From the NCBI GenBank assembly GCA_964016885.1, contig OZ024740.1, forward strand, positions 337,218,001 to 337,282,000: DNA of 64,000 nucleotides, written 5' to 3'. Source of the stretch: Eledone cirrhosa. Taxonomy: Eukaryota. This document shows positions 26,003-36,159 of this stretch, piece after piece (position 1 is the stretch's first letter; every line of letters begins with the position of its first letter). The notes below the pieces were generated by a model. That model was not told the DNA's origin, made no database searches, and saw only the letters and a list, made by a program, of their open reading frames with translations. The translations under genes were made by a program, and so were the position numbers.

Positions 26003-26450
26003 TATACCTTCCTGCCAGATTGTTGAATGTATATACTTACCTTATACATATTAACGGCTGAGTAGCCCGATTTGCATATCGAGTGGGTTAATCGGCCGGG
26101 TGCACCGAAAACGATAAACGGAAAAAATGAAACGAAATTTCATTTCCCACTCTTAGTACGGCTGTTACTTAAATATAAGTATGTACACATACGTACATAT
26201 ATATATGTGTGCATGTATGTATATATACATACTACTGTGCATCTGTATACATATATGTATGTACGTGTACATACTTATATTTAAGTAACAGCCGTACTAA
26301 GAGTGGGAAATGAAATTTTGTTTCATTTTTTCCGTTTATCGTTTTCGGTGCACCCGGCCGATTAACCCACTCGATATGCAAATTGGGCTACTCAGCCGTT
26401 AATATGCATAAGGTAAGTATATACGTTCAACAATCTGGCAGGAAGGTATA

Positions 26451-26491
26451 CGTTGCTGATGATAGCTAATAAGCTTGAAACTAGTACAGCG
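26451..26491 (+). ncRNA. Minimal hammerhead ribozyme motif (GUA site)
   Basis: CGUUG-CUGAUGA-U-AGCU-AAUA-AGCU-U-GAAAC-UA-GUA-CAGCG with palindromic ACUAGU stem III. Confidence 0.8.
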
Positions 26492-26595
26492 TTCCTTTGT
26501 CAGTGTTGAACAAACGAGCAACGATGGTTGCTAGACACTACGGCTTAATACGGGATGTTTGTTTACAAACACGCCGAACATTATAATAAATGTTC

Positions 26596-29500
26596 TCTCA
26601 GTTATTTACCATGCGACCCTCAGTTCCTACCACCCCTCTCTATGCACTTCTTTAAGGCTTACTACCCTGTCTTTAACCTAATTCATTCAATCTGAAAATA
26701 TTGAAGAGATAAGACACTTTCCCATTCTTCTCTGCTAAAATGTATCACTAGAGCTGATTCCAATTTTTCCAGCCATCCATCTAATCTACGAAGGTATTTT
26801 AGCCTACATATTGTCGTTAATATTATGATGTTCCCTGCTGTATTAGCGTTAAATTTTCCCTGCTGTATTAGCGATAAATTTTCGAGGGTTTCTCTTAGTA
26901 GTTTTTTCATGACGTTATTATTGTTAATTTTACTGATGTAGTATTAACTTGGATATTTACCATGCGACCCTCAGTTCCTACCTCACAATTTCCCTCCCCC
27001 CACCCCCACACACCACCATAGTCTATTCGACCAATCAAACCTAGCATGCCATTTCCACTGCTGCTGCTACTACCTGCCTAACTAACTCTCTCCTCCTCTG
27101 GCGCATCCCAACACACCCTGCCATTACCCCACCACCACTGTTCTTCTAGCCCTCAATTTTCCCACCGTTATGGATGGATGAGCTGGGAATACACGAGCAA
27201 CTCTGAATCAATAGATGAAATATGAATCTGCGAGCTACCAAGCACCCACGTGAAGCGCCAACCCAGAGACCCTCCCCTACGAGTGTCGACAAATGCCCAA
27301 AACTCCGAGTTGGTACCATCAATGTAGGCTCAATGAAAGGAAGAGCAGGAGAAATCGTAGAAATGCTAGAGCGAAAGGAAGTTGATGTATGCTGTGTGCA
27401 AGAGACTAGATGGAGAGGAGGGTCTGCTAGAGTCCTTGTAGGAAAAAGCCAGTGCTACAAATTTTTCTGGGTGGGAAATGACGATGGGATGGGTGGTGTA
27501 GGTATACTATTAGCTGACAAGTGGGTAGATAAAGTAATCTCAGTGTACAGGGTAAATGCAAGAATCATTAAACTCAGACTAGTCCTGAATAAGACAATTA
27601 CCACAATAATATCAGCTTACGCACCCCAATCGGGGCTGCCAGACGAACTTAAGGATAGGTTTTACGAGTCCCTAATACACACTACTGCTCTAACAGACGA
27701 CAAGGACTTCCTAATCATTGCAGGAGATTTTAACGGACACGTAGGTAAACACTGCGACGGCTTCAATAGAGTACATGGAGGCCATGGAGTTGGCACAAGG
27801 AATGAGGAAGGATTCAGACTTCTAGAATTCTGCGACGCCAATGACATGTCGATATGTAACACAAACTTTAAAAAACCCGACAACCACCTGATCACCTATA
27901 GATCAGGGGAGCACTCTAGTCAGTTAGATTTTATCCTCATCAGAGGACGTGACAGATGGACGGTCGAAAACACAAAAGCCTTCCCTAGTGAGGAATGTAC
28001 ATCCCAACATAGCTTAGTTGTCAGCGACCTCACGGTCAGAACTAGACGAGCCCTGAAACAGAGGCCAACCTGGAGAAGAAAGATCTGGAAGCTGAAAGTC
28101 CCCTCAACCAGTAACAGATTTAAAGATATTTTACTCAACGCCTACGACAGTAAAGAAGAACAGATAGAGACATTTAACGTAGAAGAGAACTGGGAGTTCC
28201 TAAAAAATAACTTACTAGAGGCGACGGATGAGGTTTGTGGCTGGAGTAAGACCTCAAGCAGGAGGAGAGTGACTTGGTGGTGGAACAATAAGGTAGATGA
28301 AGCAGTCAAGGCCAAGAGACAGGCATGGAAAGAATGGAAGAACGGGGGGAGCAGGGTACATTACATAGAGACCAAGAGGGAAGCTAGGCGACAAGTATAC
28401 TTAGCTAGGAGGGAAGCAGAGGATAGAAAATTCAAGCATGTTTTACAACGTGAGGACCAGAAACAGGAGGTATTCAAGATTGCGAGGCAGTGTGTCAGAG
28501 ATAGTTGTGATGTCATTGGAGAGAAGTGTATCCGGAATGATAAAGGTGAGCTTGCCCTCACAAGTGCTGAGAAGAAAGATGCATGGAAGAGTCATTATGA
28601 TAGATTACTAAATGAGGAGAATGCATGGGAAGAAGTGACCCTACCCCAAGTAGACCCTATAGAGGGACCAGCAGTACAAGTCAGCGGCAGCGTAGTAAGT
28701 AAGGCAATCAGAGATATGAAGATAGGGAAGGCAACCGGTCCATCGGGTATAGCTGCCGAGATGCTGAAGGCATCTGGGTCTGTAGGTCACACTATAACCA
28801 CACGTATCGTTAACCAGGTAATACTAGAGGGGGCCATACCAAAAGATTGGTGCAGTAGCATCATTGTCAACTGCTACAAAGGTAAAGGCGATGCACTAGA
28901 TAGAGGAAACTATAGAGGTATAAAGTTGATGGACCAGGTCATGAAAGTAACAGAAAGAGTTATAGCACAGCTGATTAGGGACCGGGTGAATATAGACGAG
29001 ATGCAATTTGGGTTTGTACCAGGGAAAGGCACCACTGATGCCCTCTTCCTTGTGAGGCAATTACAGGAAAAGTACCTAGCTAAAAGTAAGCCACTCTACT
29101 TGGCATTTGTCGACCTTGAGAAAGCCTTTGACAGAGTTCCACGTGCAGTAATCTGGTGGGCTCTTAGAAAACTAGGAGTAGATGAATGGCTTGTGAAAGC
29201 GGTACAAGCCATGTATAGGGGAGCAGTCAGCAAAGTTAGGATTGGCAATGAGTATAGCGAGGAATTTAGCGTACAGGTTGGGGTCCACCAGGGCTCTGTT
29301 CTTAGCCCTCTCCTGTTCATCATAGTCCTGCAGGCAATAACGGAGGAGTTTAAGACCGGATGCCCATGGGAACTCCTGTATGCTGATGACCTCGCACTCA
29401 TAGCTGAATCTATGGTAGAACTAGAGAATAAATTCCAAACCTGGAAGCAGGGACTAGAGAGAAAGGGCCTCAAAGTCAACATGACAAAGACTAAGGTCCT

Positions 29501-30634
29501 TATAAGTAGACGAGAAAACAGAACCCAGATCCCCTCAGGGAAATGGCCTTGCTCAGTATGTAGGAAAGGTGTAGGTAGGAACTCCATTCTCTGCCCCAAA
29601 TGCAAACAATGGGTACACAAGAGATGTAGCGGGATCTCAGGAAGCTTAATTAAGAATGTAGGATTCACATGCAGCAGCTGTGCTGAAACAGCAAGCAAAC
29701 AGCCACAGGAAACAAGTACCACCAATCTCTGGGAGGGCCCTGTAGAAACAGTAGACAGCTTCTGCTACCTAGGTGACCGAATTAGCAACGGAGGTGGGTG
29801 CTCAGAAAGTACAATAACTAGGGTAAGAACGGGATGGAAGAAGTTTAGGGAACTACTACCACTGCTAGCTGCAAAAGGCTTCTCCCTCAGAATGAAAGGC
29901 AGACTGTATGATGCGTGTATCCGAACAGCGATGTTGCATGGTAGTGAGACCTGGGCGCTGAAGGTGGAAGACTTACGTAGATTAGAGAGAAACGAAGCCT
30001 GCATGCTCCGATGGATGTGTAACAGTAATATACGTGAACGACAAAGCATAAAGGAATTGAGAGAGAGACTGAGCATAAGAGGAATCAAATGCTGCGTGCA
30101 GGAGAGGCGGTTACGCTGGTATGGACATGTGATGCGTATGAAGGATGACAGCTGCATAAAAAGGTGCAGAGCACTAGAAGTTGATGGAAACCGCGGAGTG
30201 GGGAGACCCAAGATGACTTGGGATGAGGTGATAAAAGCCGACCTTTCCCAACTACACCTCTCAAAGTCAATGACACACGACCGTGACTTCTGGCGTCACG
30301 CAGTAATACAGGGTACCCGACCTCCCATGGGTACATGCTGAAGCATATAAACAATATGCCCCCCCCACCGCAAGGTGGTCGTGGAGGTGCCACGGCAAAA
30401 AAGCACCCAGCCCACACTGTAAAGTGGACGTGTAGGCGCCACGAAAAAGCACCCAGCACTCACTGTAAATGAGGTTGGTGTTAGGAAGGGCATCCAGCTG
30501 TAGAAATCAAGCCAGATCAGTTCCTGTATGAGCAAGGCATGGTCAGCCGACCAGACACTGCCCACAACAGGACAACCCGTCTAACCCATGCTAGCGTGGA
30601 AGAACGGACGTAAAACGGTGATGATGATGATGAT
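26596..30634 (+). mobile_element. Full-length RTE-clade LINE (subfamily A)
   Basis: 5' region, single long ORF, ~290-nt 3' UTR, (GAT)n tail, short TSD atgtt(c/t) at 26590-26595 and 30633-30638. Confidence 0.93.
27222..30341 (+). CDS. RTE LINE ORF: AP endonuclease + reverse transcriptase + PHD-like zinc finger, 1039 aa, uninterrupted
   Basis: GTINV, VQETRW, AGDFNGH, LDFIL, SQH; FVDLEKAFD, HQGSVLSP, YADD; C-x2-C...C-x2-C-x4-H-x2-C...C-x2-C; RRLRWYGHVMRM, GRPKMTW. Confidence 0.97.
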   Translation: MNLRATKHPREAPTQRPSPTSVDKCPKLRVGTINVGSMKGRAGEIVEMLERKEVDVCCVQETRWRGGSARVLVGKSQCYKFFWVGNDDGMGGVGILLADKWVDKVISVYRVNARIIKLRLVLNKTITTIISAYAPQSGLPDELKDRFYESLIHTTALTDDKDFLIIAGDFNGHVGKHCDGFNRVHGGHGVGTRNEEGFRLLEFCDANDMSICNTNFKKPDNHLITYRSGEHSSQLDFILIRGRDRWTVENTKAFPSEECTSQHSLVVSDLTVRTRRALKQRPTWRRKIWKLKVPSTSNRFKDILLNAYDSKEEQIETFNVEENWEFLKNNLLEATDEVCGWSKTSSRRRVTWWWNNKVDEAVKAKRQAWKEWKNGGSRVHYIETKREARRQVYLARREAEDRKFKHVLQREDQKQEVFKIARQCVRDSCDVIGEKCIRNDKGELALTSAEKKDAWKSHYDRLLNEENAWEEVTLPQVDPIEGPAVQVSGSVVSKAIRDMKIGKATGPSGIAAEMLKASGSVGHTITTRIVNQVILEGAIPKDWCSSIIVNCYKGKGDALDRGNYRGIKLMDQVMKVTERVIAQLIRDRVNIDEMQFGFVPGKGTTDALFLVRQLQEKYLAKSKPLYLAFVDLEKAFDRVPRAVIWWALRKLGVDEWLVKAVQAMYRGAVSKVRIGNEYSEEFSVQVGVHQGSVLSPLLFIIVLQAITEEFKTGCPWELLYADDLALIAESMVELENKFQTWKQGLERKGLKVNMTKTKVLISRRENRTQIPSGKWPCSVCRKGVGRNSILCPKCKQWVHKRCSGISGSLIKNVGFTCSSCAETASKQPQETSTTNLWEGPVETVDSFCYLGDRISNGGGCSESTITRVRTGWKKFRELLPLLAAKGFSLRMKGRLYDACIRTAMLHGSETWALKVEDLRRLERNEACMLRWMCNSNIRERQSIKELRERLSIRGIKCCVQERRLRWYGHVMRMKDDSCIKRCRALEVDGNRGVGRPKMTWDEVIKADLSQLHLSKSMTHDRDFWRHAVIQGTRPPMGTC

Positions 30635-30979
30635 GTTTGGTGAATCCATACGTACATATATATATATGTGTGCATGTATGTATATATATATACATACTAC
30701 TGTGCGTCTGTATACATATATGTATGTACGTGTACATATGTATAAAAAACATGAGAAGAAAGAGGAATACTGAGTGGTTGCACATGGGTTACATATTATA
30801 AAATTAGTCCCTCGTCAGTGATTTGCCAACCATCATTGGTATTTCATCGCATTAAAAATCATATACCTCAGGTTGGTGCGAGCAATAACTAAAAAAAGCT
30901 ATTGGGACATGTGAGTCGCGTACTTATATTATATATATATATTTGCCACATGTATACTTTTTAACTTGCATTATATATT

Positions 30980-31168
30980 TTGGTGGATTGGCAGCATAGG
31001 TAGAGAGTCAGACGCCATGCTTTCCAGCATAGTTACGTCCCTTTACGATCTGAGTTCAAATCCCGCCGAGGTCAACTTTGTCTTTCATTCTTACAAGGTC
31101 AATAAAATAAAGTACCTGTAATGTACTGGGTAATTTCTGGCCTTGTGCCAAATGTAGAAACAATTATA
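30980..31168 (+). mobile_element. tRNA-derived SINE (family 1)
   Basis: Matches the family-1 consensus. Confidence 0.88.
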
Positions 31169-31499
31169 TATTTTTTATTTTGCATATCGTATATTTTTTA
31201 TAGTTTTGTTTTATTTCATTATTAATTTTTATTTATTATTTCTCATTTCCTTAGATGCTTATATATTTATTGTATATGTTTTTATGTATTGTAATCATGT
31301 GATGTAACTAAATAGTTGAAAAGTTCACTTGGCAATCATAAGGTCACAAGAATTTTGGGCAAGTGTTATTTAGCATAACCATGAGTTAACTCAAGCCTTG
31401 TGAGTGAAACTTGGTTGATAAAACTGTTTGGAAGCTTATCAGATGAACTGCACCTATAATTCAAAAAACCATCCTTATCGCACTCTGTGTCACACTGAA

Positions 31500-31792
31500 T
31501 CATCATCATCATCACCGTTTAACATCCATTTTTCCATGCTAGCATGGGTTAGACGAGTTGCCCCATTGTGAGACAAGCCAGGCCAGATGATCATGTCTTG
31601 CTCATACAGAACTGCTTTTGACTTGGTTGCTACAGCTGCATGCCCTTCCTAACACCAACCACATTTACAGTGTGTGCTGGATGGTTTTTGTCGTGACACC
31701 TATATGACCACTTACCAGTGTGGTCTGGGTGGTTTTTGTCATGTCACCTACATGACCACTTTACAGTGTGGGTTGGACGGTTTTTGCTGTGA
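31500..31792 (-). mobile_element. RTE-related 3' UTR copy
   Basis: (CAT)n tail, tgcccttcctaacaccaacc motif and repeated internal modules. Confidence 0.8.
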
Positions 31793-31868
31793 TTGTCCTA
31801 GAAAATTATGTTATGGGTACTTGTGTCTGTGGAAGGCACAGCCAATTGCACATTAATTTTACAAACAG

Positions 31869-31970
31869 GGTGTTGCTTTAATGGAACAGTTAGAACACAT
31901 ATTGCAGAAACCAACATTCTAATTACAAGACATTTTACAACATTCTACTGATGTACGATATAAGCAGATG
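31869..31970 (+). pseudogene. Possible decayed exon with one in-frame TAA
   Basis: cag acceptor, ATG/gtaagt donor, 102 bp: GVALMEQLEHILQKPTF*LQDILQHSTDVRYKQM. Confidence 0.35.
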
Positions 31971-33086
31971 GTAAGTGCTTTGGCATGAACCTGTAAGCCT
32001 TTAAGTAACACTTGTAATATTCCCATCTAATATAAGAATACACACATGCACATATAATATGATAGGAATGTGAGGTGGAATATGTATATGTAAAGAGTAT
32101 ATTGATATATAGTACACACACACACATGCAACTACACACTATCACAAACAGGCACACACCACATATATATTTATATAGAATGTTTTTATAATCTAAAATA
32201 AAATAAAAATCCTTGTGTAGTTTACTGAAACATATACTTCCTTAAATATATGCTTCAGTGTAACCAGGTTTTCATGCATATAATTTCTGTTGTGTAAGAC
32301 AGTCATTACTTTTTGTCTATTCTGATATTCTTTAACAACTTCTGTAAATTCTACTTACAAATATTTAATATCCAAAATTATGGCATAGCTGTTTCTTCCT
32401 CTATGAATTGATCAATATGAATATTCTTTCTTGACATTTGATCACCACGATTTCTTATTATATAATTTATTTGCCATTCTCTCCATATAATCTGAGATTA
32501 CTGTTACGATTATTAGATCAACTTTTACAATCCATCCCCAACCTACCTACCTGGTCTGACCTGACACCTAGCCCAACCATCTCTCAACCTCTCTCTTACT
32601 CCCAACATCATCTACAGTTGATCGCTTCATTTTGGATGATGTCAGCTTGTTTGCTCACTCATGCATCAATTTATTGTCTCATTATTGATAATCTTTCACA
32701 ATTTATTGCCATTCCTAGTGTGGCATGTTTACTTGTTAATATTTGGTCAAATTGTTATGGAACAGGGATTTGAACAATAAGAGTGATGTGTGATGTAACA
32801 GGAAAGGGCAGAAGGGAGAGAAAAGTTCATTATTTCACCAAATTCCAGTGGGGTGTCTAACAAGATCAATAACAAAACTTTAGCAACAACAGTGGCAACA
32901 ACAACAGCAATAACAATGCCAGTATAGACAGATGCTTCAAATCTACATACTTCAACATCATGTGTTCAATTCTTTGTTAAGATAACTTAAAAATGATTTT
33001 ATTAGTTTGTTGGACTAGAGTTTTATATATATGAATATATATATCTATTGTTTCCTCGATCCGATTTGATGAAAGTCAATTGTCTG

Positions 33087-33123
<37 letters not shown>

Positions 33124-33683
33124 CCTGGGTTCAATCGGGGGTAACCACAGTAAATAAGGTACTCAATACATAGTAGAGTATATACAATATTTAATATAGA
33201 AATGGTTTCTACAGGACTAGAACTGTTTTATTCAAAGGAAAACATTTTTCAAAGGAAATCATATATATATGATTAAGAATGGATTTTCAAAGAGGAATGG
33301 AAGAGAACCACAGTTAAATAAGGTACTCAATACATTAGATGATTTCAACTCAATGAAGCAGTTCTTGTTCTGTGCTCTGAGTTCAACTTTGCCTTTCATC
33401 CTTTTGGTAATGATAAATAAAGTACTGTGGATTGGCAGAATTGTTAAAGGGAAGTTTTACAGTATCTGTTTTGGTTCTGTGCATTCTGAGTTCAAATCCA
33501 CCACCTGCTAGGAGTTGTGACCAGCAGATAATATCAGCAATGGAAAGACTAATGGAAACATAATTTTCCTACTCAAATCTGATGATCAGCTCCATTCTTT
33601 TCTACAGTAAAATGTCAGTGTTCATGACTTAACTAAGAATAGAGGAACATACAATTGATTGATTTTTTCTTCCCCTTCATTAG

Positions 33684-33835
33684 GAGGATTCAAATGGATC
33701 AATCAAAATGAAGCTTTTGAAGTAATGCTTTTCAAGCATTAAAAACAAACCAATTATAGTTATTCTAGCAAGGTTGATGAGGATCAAGTTTTCAGTTGGA
33801 AACAATAGCTACTAGATGGAAACAAGGAAAGAGAA
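33684..33835 (+). pseudogene. Possible decayed exon with two in-frame stops
   Basis: Strong pyrimidine acceptor, gtatgc donor: GFKWINQNEAFEVMLFKH*KQTNYSYSSKVDEDQVFSWKQ*LLDGNKERE. Confidence 0.3.
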
Positions 33836-33900
33836 GTATGCTGCACTCACATGGGAATTATGGACACAAATGGGATACAAATTTTGTGCATTGTTATATA

Positions 33901-33980
33901 CAGGGTGTCCATAAAGTCCGTGTGTAATTTAAAATACTTGTATAAATTTTAAATTGCATGCAAAGTTTATGGACACCCTA
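33901..33980. mobile_element. 80-bp Tc1/mariner-type MITE
   Basis: TIR CAGGGTGTCCATAAA / TTTATGGACACCCTA flanked by TA. Confidence 0.8.
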
Positions 33981-34370
33981 TATATATATATATATATACA
34001 TGCATCTCTCTCTCTCTCTATATATATATATATAGAGAGAGGTTTTAAAACACTATGTGGAGGTTTTAAAACACTATATTATAAGTTAATATACAATCCT
34101 CTCTTGTGGGTCATTGGATAACGCATTAGACTAGGGAATTAGAGATTGCATGTTCGACTCCTGTCAACCTCAACAGGCTTAACTTTTTCCAAGGGTGGTA
34201 CCGAAGCATGGCCTCAGCCAGATGGCTGGAACTGGTAAAAGAATAAAAGAGTAAGAGTAATAAACATATGGGTAGTCTTGCTATCAAAGAAAATATTTTT
34301 CGTAATGAAAAATTTATTTTTATCTATTTTTCCTCTGTGAATATATCACAGAGTTGTAAGTAAGTTTTGA

Positions 34371-34423
34371 AAATATCAGACAGCACTGTTTCAAGATTTA
34401 TTAATCTTTCATCGGTGGCATTC
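34371..34423 (-). ncRNA. Decayed hammerhead motif in a pLTR-like repeat (~34275-34555)
   Basis: GAAUGCCA-CcGAUGA-AAGAUU-AAUA-AAUCUU-GAAACAG-UG-CUGUC-UGAUAUUU. Confidence 0.65.
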
Positions 34424-34796
34424 ACTCAACTTGTACTGGCATAGAAATAGACTAGAGTCTATATAGAATTTTGCTTTATGAACACATGTTTATATATGTT
34501 TTCATATACACCTCTATTGTGCTTAAACACTGCCTTAGTGCCACTGCCAATTATATATATATATAATTGTGAACTCATTTATATGTAAGTAAACCATATT
34601 CTCTTTTACCATCTCCTTATTAACATACACCTTATAAATGTTATTATACACTTCTAATCACATTTCCTGTAGCATGAAGAAGCCTAATAACTTTTGGCTG
34701 AAAGAGGTACGATAAATTCCTTTTTTGTAAATAAATATTTTGCTGTTATTCTATGAGAAAATCCCATTAACCTTTTCTACTGTTTTTCTTATTTTA

Positions 34797-34874
<78 letters not shown>

Positions 34875-34924
34875 TAATAGAAGAAGAAGCTTTTATTTTT
34901 TCAACTCTATTTTATATGTAAGTG

Positions 34925-35008
<84 letters not shown>

Positions 35009-35066
35009 CATACTCTGCTCTGTAAGAGCATAGAGTGCTCCACCGGCATACCTTAGCTACCATCAG

Positions 35067-35110
<44 letters not shown>

Positions 35111-35569
35111 CCATGGCACAGAATATCCTTGGTTAAGAAATGAGTGGGAATGTTCAAAGAATATCTTCAGATCGTATTATTGCTATTTTCTAGAAGATGC
35201 TTATAAGTAATTTATTAATGTCATTTCAAGGAGGATTGTATATCTCTCCAATTGGGCCAATTACAAATGTAATGATAGGCACACTCCTTATTTCCATAAT
35301 GAATATAATTCAATAGCTAGGTCAGTGTAATTCCTTTACTGTTCAGTTCTTTTTTCCACAGCATTATATAGTCTTTTGTTATGCCAATAATTAGTACATT
35401 ATTGTTATTTCTGTTATGGAGAATGCTGTCAGGCTTATTATGTTCTATATGATGGTCTATAATCTAATGTTCCATAGTATTCTTACATTGATATTTTCTA
35501 AAACAGGTGGAGGTTCATATGGATACTGCAGAGCTTTATATTTATGTTAAAATTTGATAATTAGACATG

Positions 35570-36005
35570 GTGGTAGATTGGCAAAACTGGTAGATTATCA
35601 TATAAAATTCCTTGCAGTATTTAGTTACAGTTCATTACATTTTGAGTTCAAATCCTACTGAGGTTAGATTTGCTTTTCCTCCTTACGGGGTCGATAAAAT
35701 AAAGTACCAGCAATGCACTGGGTTTGATTTAATTAACTTTCCCCTCCCCTAAAATTGTTGGTCTTGTGCCTAAATCAGAAACCATTATTATTATTCTTAT
35801 GAGGGCGGTGGATTGGCAGTATCGGTAGAGAGTCGGACGCCATGCTTTGACACATAGAGTTACAGCCCTTGCCATTCTGAGTTCAAATCCCGCTGAGGTT
35901 AACTTTGCCTTTCATCCTTACGGGGTCGATAAAATAAAGTACCAGTAATGCACTGGGTAATTGCTGGCCTTGTGCCAAACGTAGAAACAATTATTATTAT
36001 TATTC
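35570..36005 (+). mobile_element. Two tandem tRNA-derived SINEs (older 35570-35800, younger 35802-36005)
   Basis: Two A/B-box heads with (ATT)n tails. Confidence 0.88.
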
Positions 36006-36159
36006 TTATTTTCAAAAATAAGTCCATAGACTCATAAAATTGTTCCTCCTTAAGGAAATCTTGAGAATAAGGCAAAAGATTTATCTTTTGAAGGAACCAG
36101 AATATTATCCTTATTTTCACAGTGTTGATGTTAACTATCAGTATTGTTCTTCTTAATAT

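Larger units (their letters stand above)
25718..26595. mobile_element. Large palindromic hammerhead-bearing element interrupted by the intact RTE
   Basis: 25858-26190 is the inverted copy of ~26265-26595. The right arm resumes at 30633-30740, which pairs with 25762-25862. Confidence 0.85.

Noticed and set aside
30385-30480. Twister or HDV-like ribozyme in the RTE 3' UTR
   Set aside because: Could not fit either consensus by eye; kept only as an unnamed structured motif.
30795-30825. CUGACGA on the - strand
   Set aside because: No stem II partner or GAAA; too decayed to call.
35802-35900. tRNA gene
   Set aside because: The A/B boxes belong to a multi-copy SINE head; no complete cloverleaf.
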